DNA of 64,000 bases from Dehalococcoidia bacterium (GCA_030649945.1 JAUSFE010000104.1:6004-70003), one strand, 5' to 3'. Positions 21,768 through 31,129 are shown, counted from the stretch's first letter. Notes: generated by a model not told the origin, from the letters alone. Numbers and translations are program-made.

Positions 21768-22568
21768 TTACGCCGGTTGCACTACGACCTTCTCGATGAC
21801 CAGCTGCGAGACGAGAGACGGGTCGCACTGCTGCCCGTTCATCTCGCCGTTGACTATGGCGCAGTAGTCCGGCAGAGCTCCCAGGATATCCTGGCCGGCG
21901 ATCACCTTGCCGAAAATCGTCTCCTTGCCGTCCAGCCTGGCGTCCGCCGCCAGGAGGATGCGGAACTGGCTGCCGTGCACCTCCTGGCCGCCCTCGGAAA
22001 GCGGCGGCGCCGCTACGGCCCACTGGTCGTGCTTCTCCCCGCCCGCCTCAAGGGGCAGGGAGTAGCCCGGGCCGCCCAGGCCGGAGCAGGCGGCCTGCCC
22101 GCCCGTGGAGCAGGTGGGGTCGCCGGCGACAGCGCCGAGGCCCTTGTTCACGTAGAAGAAGGCGGTGCCGTCGTAGAAACCCTTGCCGGCCAGGAAGGCG
22201 AAGCTGTTGACCGCGGAAGGGGCATCCGTCGCCAGCTGGATCTTGATCTTGCCCTTGTTCGTTTCCAGGGTGGCGATATACGGCCTCGTCCCGTCGATGG
22301 TCCTGGCCGGCCCATCGGCGAAGACGGCCGACGCCGGCGTCGGCTCGGGTGTGGACTGCGTGTCATCGATTGGGGGCAGATTGGATCTGTTGGAGCTGCC
22401 AAAGCCGGAGCCCAGCCCCACGGCGGCCATACTGGCGATCATCACCACGATGAACGTGACGTAGAACAGTTTGACGTTGAAGAGCAGGTTGATTGGAAAC
22501 GGCGGCTTTGCCTTCCTGGGTCCTTCGTATTGCGCCGGGCCACGCCGCCGCCTGCGCTGTCTGGGCAA
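21768..22568 (-). CDS. Membrane-anchored cyclophilin-like protein
   Basis: ETNKGKIKIQL, NSFAFLAGKGFYDG, GGPGY, GSQF, TIFGKV; N-terminal TM segment. Confidence 0.85.
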   Translation of the reverse strand: MPRQRRRRRGPAQYEGPRKAKPPFPINLLFNVKLFYVTFIVVMIASMAAVGLGSGFGSSNRSNLPPIDDTQSTPEPTPASAVFADGPARTIDGTRPYIATLETNKGKIKIQLATDAPSAVNSFAFLAGKGFYDGTAFFYVNKGLGAVAGDPTCSTGGQAACSGLGGPGYSLPLEAGGEKHDQWAVAAPPLSEGGQEVHGSQFRILLAADARLDGKETIFGKVIAGQDILGALPDYCAIVNGEMNGQQCDPSLVSQLVIEKVVVQPA

Positions 22569-22713
22569 GTTGCAGTCACCTCTTCACTGATGGGTGCATT
22601 CAGTATAGCAGGTCGCATGATTACGCTCTCCGGCGGCCGGCCACTGTAACAGGTTCCCGTTCTCTCACATCTTCATATTGAGAAATCACGACACAGGGAT
22701 GGGGAGACCAATC

Positions 22714-22980
22714 ATGATGACGGCGACACAGCGAGCGAGCAGCACGGACGACGCCTGGGCCGACCTGAGCGGCCGCTGGTTCTTTGCCTGGAGGATGGCC
22801 GCGGCCTGCGAGGGCGCGCTGCGGGAGGTGCACATGGCGATGTCCCGCCAGCACGACTCCAACCGCGCGCAGGCGCTGGACAAGGTGAGCACCCTCTTGC
22901 GCCGCGAGCTGATGCGCTGGGTGCGCCGCGGCGAAGCGCTGGACATGATCGTCGAACACCTGCCGCACAACGAGGACTGA
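22714..22980 (+). CDS. Hypothetical protein
   Basis: Short helical ORF with GGAG RBS. Confidence 0.55.
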   Translation: MMTATQRASSTDDAWADLSGRWFFAWRMAAACEGALREVHMAMSRQHDSNRAQALDKVSTLLRRELMRWVRRGEALDMIVEHLPHNED

Positions 22981-23031
22981 GCGCGGACTCCGGAGCACCG
23001 GATCAGGCCGGGTCCTTCGTACGTCCGGCCG

Positions 23032-23967
23032 TCAGCCCGTCAGCGCGCTGGCCGTCCCCACCACCACCTTCGTCCCGTCCGCCTTCTGGCACCAGACGCG
23101 CACGTGCGCGCGCCGCCCGGCGCCGGAGGGCACCACGTCCATGACGTGGCCCAGGCAGCGCACGCTCTCCCCCTGCCAGAGCACGTTCACCAGGTTCACG
23201 TTCATCCGGCCGCCGGCGTACCAGCCTTCGCCGAAGCGGTCCGTCATCAACTCGGAGAGGAAACAGAGGGACATCATGCCCTGCACCACAATGTCCGGGA
23301 AGCCCAGCTTGCGCGCCTCTTCCACGTCGTTGTGGTAGTTCTTGTGCGGACCGGAGAACTTCTGGCACATCTCCAGGCTAATGTGCTTCTCCGCTCCCGC
23401 GAACTCCTCCAGCACCTCGCCCTCGTCCGTCTCAACGCGCCGGTCGGTCCTCTTCTCGCGCTCCTTGTCCACCACTACGCCCTCAGGCTTCGTCTCCAGC
23501 AGGAAGCTCTGGTGCGTGCGCCCGCGGTTCAGGAGCCGCCCGTCCGCGCCGTAGCACGACACCTCCTTCACGATGTAGTCCCGCCCGCGCCGGACATAGC
23601 GGTCCACGATGACCGAACTTGTGGTCGCCGTCTCGCCCACCGTGAGCGGGTGGTACAGCTCCCACTCCTGTCTGGCGTGCAGGTTGCCGTAGATGTTCGG
23701 CAGGTACCAGCGCAGGTCCCTGTACACCTCCGAATGCAGGATGAGCGCCGGCGCCACGGGCCCGCCGAAAGGCGACCGCCCCGTGTACCAGGGATGGAAG
23801 TCCCCCACCGCCTCGCAGTACTGCTGCACCAATTCAGGCGTAATGTCCACTGCCCGCTGCCCGAAGTAGCGGCCGATGAAGTGCTCGCCGGACGCGCTGC
23901 CGGCGCGGAGGCTGCCAAACACATCGTACTCGTACTGGCCAACAACTTGGCGGTTAAGACGGTTCAC
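23032..23967 (-). CDS. Double hotdog (MaoC-like) dehydratase with Rhs-derived N-terminus
   Basis: YCEAVGDFHPWY, GNLHARQEW, NYHND..ARKLGFPDIVVQG; first ~30 aa are an Rhs-core copy. Confidence 0.85.
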   Translation of the reverse strand: MNRLNRQVVGQYEYDVFGSLRAGSASGEHFIGRYFGQRAVDITPELVQQYCEAVGDFHPWYTGRSPFGGPVAPALILHSEVYRDLRWYLPNIYGNLHARQEWELYHPLTVGETATTSSVIVDRYVRRGRDYIVKEVSCYGADGRLLNRGRTHQSFLLETKPEGVVVDKEREKRTDRRVETDEGEVLEEFAGAEKHISLEMCQKFSGPHKNYHNDVEEARKLGFPDIVVQGMMSLCFLSELMTDRFGEGWYAGGRMNVNLVNVLWQGESVRCLGHVMDVVPSGAGRRAHVRVWCQKADGTKVVVGTASALTG

Positions 23968-23981
23968 CGTCGTTATCGTCG
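23880..23981 (-). repeat. Rhs core remnant
   Basis: Matches about 26478..26579 (TVNR..RQVVGQYEYDVFG.LR.GSA.GE.F). Confidence 0.85.
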
Positions 23982-24028
23982 GAACCGAAGCGTCCTGGAG
24001 GCGAGCACGCTCAGGTTGACACTGGTCA

Positions 24029-24289
24029 TTAGGTTGCTCGCCAAGCGCTCCACAAGAAGTACACAGTGGCTATCCAGGCGCCCGCTGAGAATCCCAGAGC
24101 ACGCAACTGAGAGGTAACAGCGAACGAGACTGTTTCGACAACGGCGAGCGTCACCGTCAAAAGGGACAAGCCGATGTACAGGTTCCGGGGAGGACGGGCC
24201 GCCGGAATCCTCTCGCCCCGGAACCCGCCGCGCAAGATAACCAAAATCAGTATCACGCCGGCGACCGTAGAGACAGCGAGGACGGTCAT
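24029..24289 (-). CDS. Small membrane protein, putative immunity for orphan tip 2
   Basis: About 3 TM segments; ATGA overlap with the upstream Rhs tip. Confidence 0.65.
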   Translation of the reverse strand: MTVLAVSTVAGVILILVILRGGFRGERIPAARPPRNLYIGLSLLTVTLAVVETVSFAVTSQLRALGFSAGAWIATVYFLWSAWRAT

Positions 24290-24780
24290 GGGCCGCTCCC
24301 GTCAGGAGGAAGGCACTCTTGCTGGTATTCCAGTAGCCCGATCATGATGGTTAGGAACCCTGCCACCGCCAACACTGGCTGCTGGTACACACCGCCAGCG
24401 ATGAGAGCGGCTGCCCCTACGACGAAGAATTCAGCGGCTTCGGGGCACAGCGTAACCCTGCGTATGAACTCGGAGATGTCGGGGTTTGCGGTGAGTAGGG
24501 TTGGCGGCCCCTCCGAATCAAGCCCCGTCGGGTCCACCCGGTTGACCGGGTTGTTCTCCACGTATGCGTACCGGTTCTGCGTCTGCGTACTGAGAAGGGA
24601 GCCTGGGAGCGGGTCTCGCGTCATGAAACGGCCGGTCGCCGGATCATAGTAACGCGCGCGGAGGTACTGAAGCCCGCTCGGCGAATCGGTCTGCTCGCCG
24701 GCGAACTGCCAGTAGTTCGTCGAGCTGCCACCATGCGAGCGAACGGCACCGAAGACGTCGTAGGAGTACGTGTCGGTCAC
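24286..24780 (-). CDS. Orphan Rhs core + C-terminal tip module 2
   Basis: YSYDVFG, YLRARYYDPATGRF.TRDP, NRYAYVENNPVNRVDPTGL followed by a unique hydrophobic tip. Confidence 0.88.
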   Translation of the reverse strand: MTDTYSYDVFGAVRSHGGSSTNYWQFAGEQTDSPSGLQYLRARYYDPATGRFMTRDPLPGSLLSTQTQNRYAYVENNPVNRVDPTGLDSEGPPTLLTANPDISEFIRRVTLCPEAAEFFVVGAAALIAGGVYQQPVLAVAGFLTIMIGLLEYQQECLPPDGSGP

Positions 24781-24825
24781 CGTCCCGGACGTGTTGAGGC
24801 TGTGACCTCGCGACCCTTCCGAAGA

Positions 24826-25203
24826 TCATTCACGGAAGCGGCGGCCAAATTTCCAGGCAAGACCCAAGAATATGCCCATAGCGATGCTAGTCGGAATAGC
24901 GACGGCCCACTGCCATGCGGTGAAACCGCCAAGGAATCCAAACACAAGGACAATGATAACCAGGGTCGCGGCGGTCATGAGGACGTCGTGGTCACCGGGC
25001 TTCTCGGCTTCTATGTAGGTCGCTGATTCCGGAGCGAGGTATCTTCGGTTGAATATTCGTACGGCTTCGATCAATATGGCCTGCCCGCATCCAATCGACG
25101 CGCCGATTGCCAACCAGAGCCAGAACGGCAAGCCGAGGATAAGCGCGGCCGCCGCCGCCAGCGCCGCGTCAGCCAGCACGACCCAGAGCGCAACGAACCT
25201 CAA
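24826..25203 (-). CDS. Four-TM membrane protein, putative immunity for orphan tip 1
   Basis: Hydrophobic; start overlaps the tip 1 stop codon. Confidence 0.65.
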   Translation of the reverse strand: MRFVALWVVLADAALAAAAALILGLPFWLWLAIGASIGCGQAILIEAVRIFNRRYLAPESATYIEAEKPGDHDVLMTAATLVIIVLVFGFLGGFTAWQWAVAIPTSIAMGIFLGLAWKFGRRFRE

Positions 25204-25688
25204 GCGCTTCGCCTCGCGTCATTCAAACAGGTGACGAGACCGTAGCCGACTGAGAGAAGACCCGCACGGAAGCTGATGGATCGTAACAGCGGCGAGAACT
25301 TCGCGAACTGCAATGGAACGCTCGTCTCGGTCGATGCGTCGATCGCCAACCCCGCGTAGTCGGGCTGGCTCGCATCAATCGCAAGCGCAGCTACGAACAA
25401 CGGAGCACCGACTAGCACCCCCCAAGGTCCGAACGCCGCGAGGGCTGCGGTCGCAAACAGGCTGATTACGAGACCCAAACAATTCAAGGTTAGTGGGAAC
25501 TTGCCCCACGCCTGCCCAACACTACTCTCCGAATCCAGCCCGGTCGGGTCCACGCGGTTTACCGGGTTGTTCTCCACATAAGCATAGCGGTTCTGCGACT
25601 GCGGGCTGAGAGCGGAGCCCCGGACCGGGTCCTGTGTCAGGAACCTGCCGATGCTGGGGTCAGCGTACCACGCCCTGGGGGAGGGCAT
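25200..25688 (-). CDS. Orphan Rhs core + C-terminal tip module 1
   Basis: DPSIGRFLTQDP..SQNRYAYVENNPVNRVDPTGLDSE followed by a unique tip; start uncertain. Confidence 0.85.
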   Translation of the reverse strand: MPSPRAWYADPSIGRFLTQDPVRGSALSPQSQNRYAYVENNPVNRVDPTGLDSESSVGQAWGKFPLTLNCLGLVISLFATAALAAFGPWGVLVGAPLFVAALAIDASQPDYAGLAIDASTETSVPLQFAKFSPLLRSISFRAGLLSVGYGLVTCLNDARRSA

Positions 25689-25696
25689 CGAGGTCC

Positions 25697-26008
25697 CTAC
25701 AGACTCGCTAATCTGATATTGGCAAACAGGAAAAAAAGCACCGCTACGACGAGCAAAATGAGCCCATGAACTAGCACCAAAAGAGAGTATCTCGGTGTCC
25801 AAGGAGTATCTGCCCACCGCGAGCTTTTTTCGGTTCCCCACACAAACTGAAGGAGCGACCGCCATCGTCCCTCCGAAGTTATCCATAGTGCGGTGAGAAG
25901 GAACAACAACGCCATCAGCAGCACAGAGTACGCGGTGCCGACGAACAGAATTAGAAGGATGATAACAGCCGACAACACGCCCCATGCAGCAAAAACAGAC
26001 AATGTCAT
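25697..26008 (-). CDS. Three-TM membrane protein, putative immunity for full-length Rhs
   Basis: Hydrophobic, low GC, directly downstream of rhs. Confidence 0.65.
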   Translation of the reverse strand: MTLSVFAAWGVLSAVIILLILFVGTAYSVLLMALLFLLTALWITSEGRWRSLLQFVWGTEKSSRWADTPWTPRYSLLVLVHGLILLVVAVLFFLFANIRLASL

Positions 26009-26061
26009 CCTGCTTAGCAGCCCCTTGGCCCGGCCTTAGCCGCCTGCTTTCTTTCCGCCAC

Positions 26062-29000
26062 CTAATCTACACACCCTGAGTCCGCAATTACGACAACGCC
26101 CCCTATTAGAACCGGCAACCCAACGACTTCTAAGAGCACAAGACCAGCAAATTGTGTCCCAGGACTAAACAGGGCTATGAGACCTGGAACTTCAATCAGG
26201 AGCCCTAGGCCAACCAACAGTCCCCCCGTCACCGCCTTGGCTACGTTGCAGCCCCCGCCACCTTCCGAATCCAGCCCCGTCGGGTCAACCCGGTTCACCG
26301 GGTTGTTCTGGACATACGCATAGCGGTTCTGCGACTGCGGGCTGAGAGCGGAGCCGGGGAGCGGGTCCTGCGTCAAGAATCTGCCGATGGTGGGGTCGTA
26401 CCAGCGGTTTCGCAGGTAGTAGAGGCCGCTCTGGGTGTCGCGCGCCTTATTGTCGAACTGTTGGCCCGTGAAGAGGAACGGCTCGCCCGTGGCACTTCCC
26501 ACGCGCAGGTTGCCAAAGACATCGTACTCGTACTGGCCAACAACCTGGCGGGTAGCACGGTTCACCGTCGTTATCGTCGAGCCCAGCCCATCCGGGAAGT
26601 AGTAGCGCTGGTTGCCGGCCGCGTCCGTGGCCGAGATGAGACCGAGTCCATAAACGTACGTCACAGGCGTAGGCGAGACAACGCTTCCCGTGGTGAATAT
26701 CGTACCATCGTCCTGCAGGATCTGCGCCCTCTTTTCCTGTAGCACAAGCGGCAGGCCAGAACCCACATCCCAGGTGTAGTTGGTGACGAACTTGCCGGTC
26801 TTTTGCGACATCCTCAGCCCATCTGCATTGTACTTGAAGTATCGCGGGCAGGTCTGGTTGAACTGCGGGATGTACTGCAGGATGTCTGTGAGGTTTATTC
26901 TGTTGTCATTGTTGAAGTCGAAAAACGGATTATAGGGCGGGTTGGGGCCAGTCGCGTTGTACACAGGTATGAACATGAGGACATCGTTCAGACCTACCCT
27001 CCCGTCATCGTTCAGGTCATAACACGGACTGGTAGCGGGAGGAGGTAGAGTGGAAGCCGGATCGAAGCCATTGAACCGGATCCGGTCCAGGCGGTTCTCG
27101 CCGTCGTACACGTAAGCTTCGTTTCCTCGGGCCGTCAGGTTCCCGTTGGCATCGTAGGTATATGGCGTCGATCCTGCTAGGGTCAGTTGGTTAGCTGCGT
27201 CGTACGTGTACTGTGTGGTGCCCCCGGAAACTTGCTGGGTACGGTTGCCGACGGCGTCATAACTGTATTGGGCGAATGTTGAATCCGCGTAGTCCACCCT
27301 CTTCAGGTGGTAGAGGTCGTCGTACTGATAAGTTTCGGGGGCACGACCGGTCCTGGTCATTTGAGTGCGGTAACCCGCGGCGTCCGTATTGTAGATGAAG
27401 TCCTCGGTGTAGAAGTTGCCGGGGTTGTGCGTGACATCTGTGACCTGACGGGCGGCGTCGTACTGGTAGCTAACGGACCCCACGCTTCCCGTGTAGGTAG
27501 TGGTCAGCAATGTTCCGTCATCGTAGTAGCTGTATGAGGTTATCTTGTTCAGCCAGTCGGTCACCGTGGCCATACTGCCGTCGGCGTTGTAGGTGTATGA
27601 GACGATCTTCCCGTCCGGGTAGTTGATTTTGGTTCGCTGGCCCGGGTACGGCGCACCAGGTCCGCTGGTTGAGTCGTACTGGTAACTCACGCTTCCTGAT
27701 GGACACACTGGCGTCGCCGGTCCGGCCCACGTGCATGACAAGCGATTCAGTGCATCGTACGTGTAGTCCGTCTCCCTGGTCGAGAGGGTATTCGCCGATG
27801 AGTCGTACGTTTTCTCGACCATCGACTTGCGATTGCCGACGTCGTCGTAGGTGTAGTCAACCGAATCGACTCGCGTAGTGGCGCCGGCATTCCAGTGCTC
27901 GAGCTGCGTCAGGTGATTCAGCTTGTCGTAGGTTATATACTTGGTGACGCGTCCGAGCGCGTCCGTGCGCTGCGTGAGGTTCGATGCGGAGTCGTAGGGC
28001 TGATACGTGGTCGTGCGTCCAAGCGCATCAGTTGTCGACTGCAAGCGGTTCAGCGCGTCATACACATTGAGCGTTGACGGACAGCCGTCGTCGATGACGC
28101 CGTCAAGCGGACTGTCGTTATCCACTCCGTTTCCGGTCCCCGAGCCACACGCATTGGCAATGCTGGCCTCCGACGTGCCGAAGGCCTGGCGATTAGCGTC
28201 GGTGATCGATATCCGGTTGCCGTTCGCGTCATAGGCATAGGTCGTCGATTTATTGAGCGCGTCGACGACCTGCACAAGGTGATCCCCGGGATCATAATTG
28301 TACTGAGTAGTCTTACCATTGGCATCAGTAACGGTCTTAAGATTCCCCTTCGCATCATACGTGTTGATCGTAGATGGGCACCCGTCATCAGCAACCGTGT
28401 CATCCCCAGGATCATCGTTCACACCGTTGCCCGTCCCGGAAGTGCCGCATTGCAGGCCGCTCTCGGCAGAGACGCCAGCCACTTGCCGCAACGGGTTGAG
28501 AACCTTGGTCACGTTGTTCTGAGCATCGTACACATAAGAACTCGTGTGTCCTAACTCGTCTGTCTTCGAGGTGACGCGGCCGGCAGCGTCGGACGTAAAG
28601 GTCGTCTTTGGCGAGCCGCTGCCGGAGAATCTTGGGTTGACGACGCCGGTCAGGTTCTTGTAGGCGTCGTTGTACTCGAAGATTGTCTTGTTGCCTGTGC
28701 ACGGATCAGTCGGCCCAGGTGGAACAATCAAGTCCGTCGATTCAACTGAGGCGATAGGCTGTCCCGCGCTATTGAATGTGGCGCAGGTCAGGGCCTTGAC
28801 GGTCCCATTTTGAGCGTCTTTCCGAACGGTCCTCGTGAGATTGCCGGTCGTCGATGAATCATAGATGTACTGGGTGTACCGGTTGAGGGGATCGGTCTCG
28901 CTGAGGATCTCGTTTAGGGCGTTGTACGTGTTTGTCCAGACCTTGCCGTTCTGAATCAACGCGCAGTTGGCGTCGGTGTTCAGGGCATCTACCTTCTGCG

Positions 29001-30897
29001 TTAAGTTGCCCTTAGCGTCGTAGCCAAATGCTGTCTTCTGACCGAGCGGATCTGTGACACAGGTCTTGCTGCTGTGACTGTCGTACTGGTATTGAGTGAC
29101 GCCTCCCAGCGGATCCTGCACGCGCGTGACACGGAAGAAGTTGTCGAACTTGTAGACGGTGTCGTAGCCGCGAGGATCCCGAAGGGTCGTTTGCCCGCCG
29201 GCCGGCGTCTGGTAGAAGAACTCCGTAATGGGTATTCCGTATAGAGCGACAGACGGATCGGTCCTTGCGAGAGTGCAATCGGGCTCCGCCGGTGGCGTCG
29301 AAGATGGCGCGCCGAACTGTTTATATATTCGGTTAGACGTGTCGTAGCAATTCTTTGCAATCAGACGGCTGTTCGCGTCGGTGATCTTGGTCAGGAGATG
29401 GTTGGACGGCGTGGCGTAGTCAAAAGTTGTGATGGCACCCCCGAGTGACGTCAATGTAAGCAGGTTGCCTGACCCGTCGTACGTTATTGCAACTGTTCGA
29501 GTGTTCGGAGATGGCAGGGTGTCAGTAATTGTCGAGAGGCGTCCGCCCGAATACGCGAACGTCAGTTTCCGGCGGTCGGGGTCTGTGCCAGGCTCTTGGA
29601 CGTACTGAAGCTTGCCAAGATCTGGACCGGATGTGAAGTACGCAAGGGTCAGAGTGTTCGAGTTCCGATCGACGATCTGCGTCAGTTTCCCGGCCGAGTC
29701 GAATGTGTAGGTCATTTGGACAGTGGAGACGAGCGTGTAGTTTCCGCCGGCGGAAGTCAGAACGTCAGCTATGTCCGGAGGGCCAAAGTAGGAACCTGAC
29801 GAATTGAGGTATCTGTCTTCTCGACCGTCGGCGTTTACCACGATCACATCCGAACCGTCGAACACCAGATGCATATCAAAGTTGTCCGTCCAACCGAAGC
29901 CCAATCGACCATCGATCGATGCCCGCGAGGAGTTGTAGGTTCGAGTGAAACCCAGTGGAGGCCCAACTGTCTGTATGTTGATGTCGGTGTTCTGGTGGGT
30001 GTAATTCCCGAAGGCGAGATTAACCGGATCAAGCGAGGTGGCTGATGCCCCAAACGACGGCGCGCCGTTGTGGTATTCCACGTAATTTGAGAGCTGGCAT
30101 GGGACCTCCCAGGCCACAATCCTTGAGGGAAAGCCAGTCTCGAATACGTTGGTCGACCACATTGCGCACAAGGGAGCAAACGTGACTCTATCGAAGTCTC
30201 CATCAGCATAGAGTCTGTTTACCGAGATGAGAGTGCCGGTGTATGAACCGTCGAGATCGTACTGCTGGAAGTGCCGAGCAGAAGGAGGGCTAAAGATAGC
30301 TGTGAACAACCAGAAGTCATCGCCGCTGGCGGCCACACTGGTGGCGCACGAACCAAAGACGTCCCCTTGATCAAGCACCTGCCCGGACTGCGAAATCTGA
30401 AAGACTGTCTTGCTGTTCTGGCTCATTGCGAAGAACGCTCCGGATGTCGGATCATAGGCAAGGCCAGCGGGTTGGAAGGTGAATCCTGTTGAGCAACTTG
30501 AAGAGGTTGTTCCTGTTAGGTCGACAGGGAACTTGAAGCTAAGAACTCCGGTGGCTCGATCGATGGTGTAGAAACGTTCCCCATCCGTATCTGGTGCTCT
30601 TCCCCAGAGTTCAGTGCCGTCCCAGGTCAGTGCGCGCAGTGTTATGGCAGGATTGGTTTGTACAGTGCCGATCAGGGATCCGTCTTGGGGGTTAATTCTA
30701 AAGAGTCTGGTGTCAGCGTCAGCCGTCCACCATAAGTCTGTCCCGTCGAAAGCAAGCCCTCGACCGGACTGGCTAGTGGTGGAGGGTGCTGCATAGTTCT
30801 TGAGGACTGATCCAGTCGCCGCTTCGGCAACCAGTCCGCGCCCAATCAGCAAGAGTCCAAAAACAAACACCAGGACAACGGGAGCGCGTATCCGCAC
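26062..30897 (-). CDS. Secreted Rhs/YD-repeat protein
   Basis: GGAGG RBS + GTG 30897, Sec signal (AEA), propeller-like N-domain, DPVN..GN / RTYNS (DUF6531-like), YD repeats, Rhs core ending DPTGL, short tip. Confidence 0.93.
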   Translation of the reverse strand: MRIRAPVVLVFVFGLLLIGRGLVAEAATGSVLKNYAAPSTTSQSGRGLAFDGTDLWWTADADTRLFRINPQDGSLIGTVQTNPAITLRALTWDGTELWGRAPDTDGERFYTIDRATGVLSFKFPVDLTGTTSSSCSTGFTFQPAGLAYDPTSGAFFAMSQNSKTVFQISQSGQVLDQGDVFGSCATSVAASGDDFWLFTAIFSPPSARHFQQYDLDGSYTGTLISVNRLYADGDFDRVTFAPLCAMWSTNVFETGFPSRIVAWEVPCQLSNYVEYHNGAPSFGASATSLDPVNLAFGNYTHQNTDINIQTVGPPLGFTRTYNSSRASIDGRLGFGWTDNFDMHLVFDGSDVIVVNADGREDRYLNSSGSYFGPPDIADVLTSAGGNYTLVSTVQMTYTFDSAGKLTQIVDRNSNTLTLAYFTSGPDLGKLQYVQEPGTDPDRRKLTFAYSGGRLSTITDTLPSPNTRTVAITYDGSGNLLTLTSLGGAITTFDYATPSNHLLTKITDANSRLIAKNCYDTSNRIYKQFGAPSSTPPAEPDCTLARTDPSVALYGIPITEFFYQTPAGGQTTLRDPRGYDTVYKFDNFFRVTRVQDPLGGVTQYQYDSHSSKTCVTDPLGQKTAFGYDAKGNLTQKVDALNTDANCALIQNGKVWTNTYNALNEILSETDPLNRYTQYIYDSSTTGNLTRTVRKDAQNGTVKALTCATFNSAGQPIASVESTDLIVPPGPTDPCTGNKTIFEYNDAYKNLTGVVNPRFSGSGSPKTTFTSDAAGRVTSKTDELGHTSSYVYDAQNNVTKVLNPLRQVAGVSAESGLQCGTSGTGNGVNDDPGDDTVADDGCPSTINTYDAKGNLKTVTDANGKTTQYNYDPGDHLVQVVDALNKSTTYAYDANGNRISITDANRQAFGTSEASIANACGSGTGNGVDNDSPLDGVIDDGCPSTLNVYDALNRLQSTTDALGRTTTYQPYDSASNLTQRTDALGRVTKYITYDKLNHLTQLEHWNAGATTRVDSVDYTYDDVGNRKSMVEKTYDSSANTLSTRETDYTYDALNRLSCTWAGPATPVCPSGSVSYQYDSTSGPGAPYPGQRTKINYPDGKIVSYTYNADGSMATVTDWLNKITSYSYYDDGTLLTTTYTGSVGSVSYQYDAARQVTDVTHNPGNFYTEDFIYNTDAAGYRTQMTRTGRAPETYQYDDLYHLKRVDYADSTFAQYSYDAVGNRTQQVSGGTTQYTYDAANQLTLAGSTPYTYDANGNLTARGNEAYVYDGENRLDRIRFNGFDPASTLPPPATSPCYDLNDDGRVGLNDVLMFIPVYNATGPNPPYNPFFDFNNDNRINLTDILQYIPQFNQTCPRYFKYNADGLRMSQKTGKFVTNYTWDVGSGLPLVLQEKRAQILQDDGTIFTTGSVVSPTPVTYVYGLGLISATDAAGNQRYYFPDGLGSTITTVNRATRQVVGQYEYDVFGNLRVGSATGEPFLFTGQQFDNKARDTQSGLYYLRNRWYDPTIGRFLTQDPLPGSALSPQSQNRYAYVQNNPVNRVDPTGLDSEGGGGCNVAKAVTGGLLVGLGLLIEVPGLIALFSPGTQFAGLVLLEVVGLPVLIGGVVVIADSGCVD

Positions 30898-30992
30898 GGG
30901 ACACCTCCAAAGTTGGCAGCCGGGGGAGATAGAAGAGGACGGGAACATGGTTGCGTGACGGACACCATGCCGTCAACTCTGGCCTGAACCCC

Positions 30993-31053
30993 AAAAAAAG
31001 AAAAACCGCCGGCCCAGACCCGATATGGGTCTGGTTCGGCGCTTCAAACCAGA
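30993..31053 (-). terminator. Intrinsic terminator with overlapping alternative hairpin in the rhs leader
   Basis: Stem 31007..31041 followed by a U-tract; competing 9-bp stem at 31030..31053. Confidence 0.7.
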
Positions 31054-31101
31054 GACAGTCGCAGCCGACATGGCCACACCCCCAATCTTCAGTTCGTCGT
31101 C

Positions 31102-31129
31102 ATTGTAGTCAACTGTCAGGACTTGTCAA
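31102..31129 (-). promoter_or_regulatory. Sigma70-type promoter for rhs
   Basis: TTGACA-N16-TACAAT on the minus strand. Confidence 0.65.

Noticed and set aside
25689..25985. Extended 261-aa ORF 25200..25985 from the track
   Set aside because: The upstream part overlaps the hydrophobic immunity-like gene in another frame; Rhs homology starts only near 25670
24490..26403. Repeated Rhs core segments as possible DGR template/variable repeats
   Set aside because: No reverse transcriptase, and the differences are not adenine-specific; the layout fits orphan Rhs cassettes
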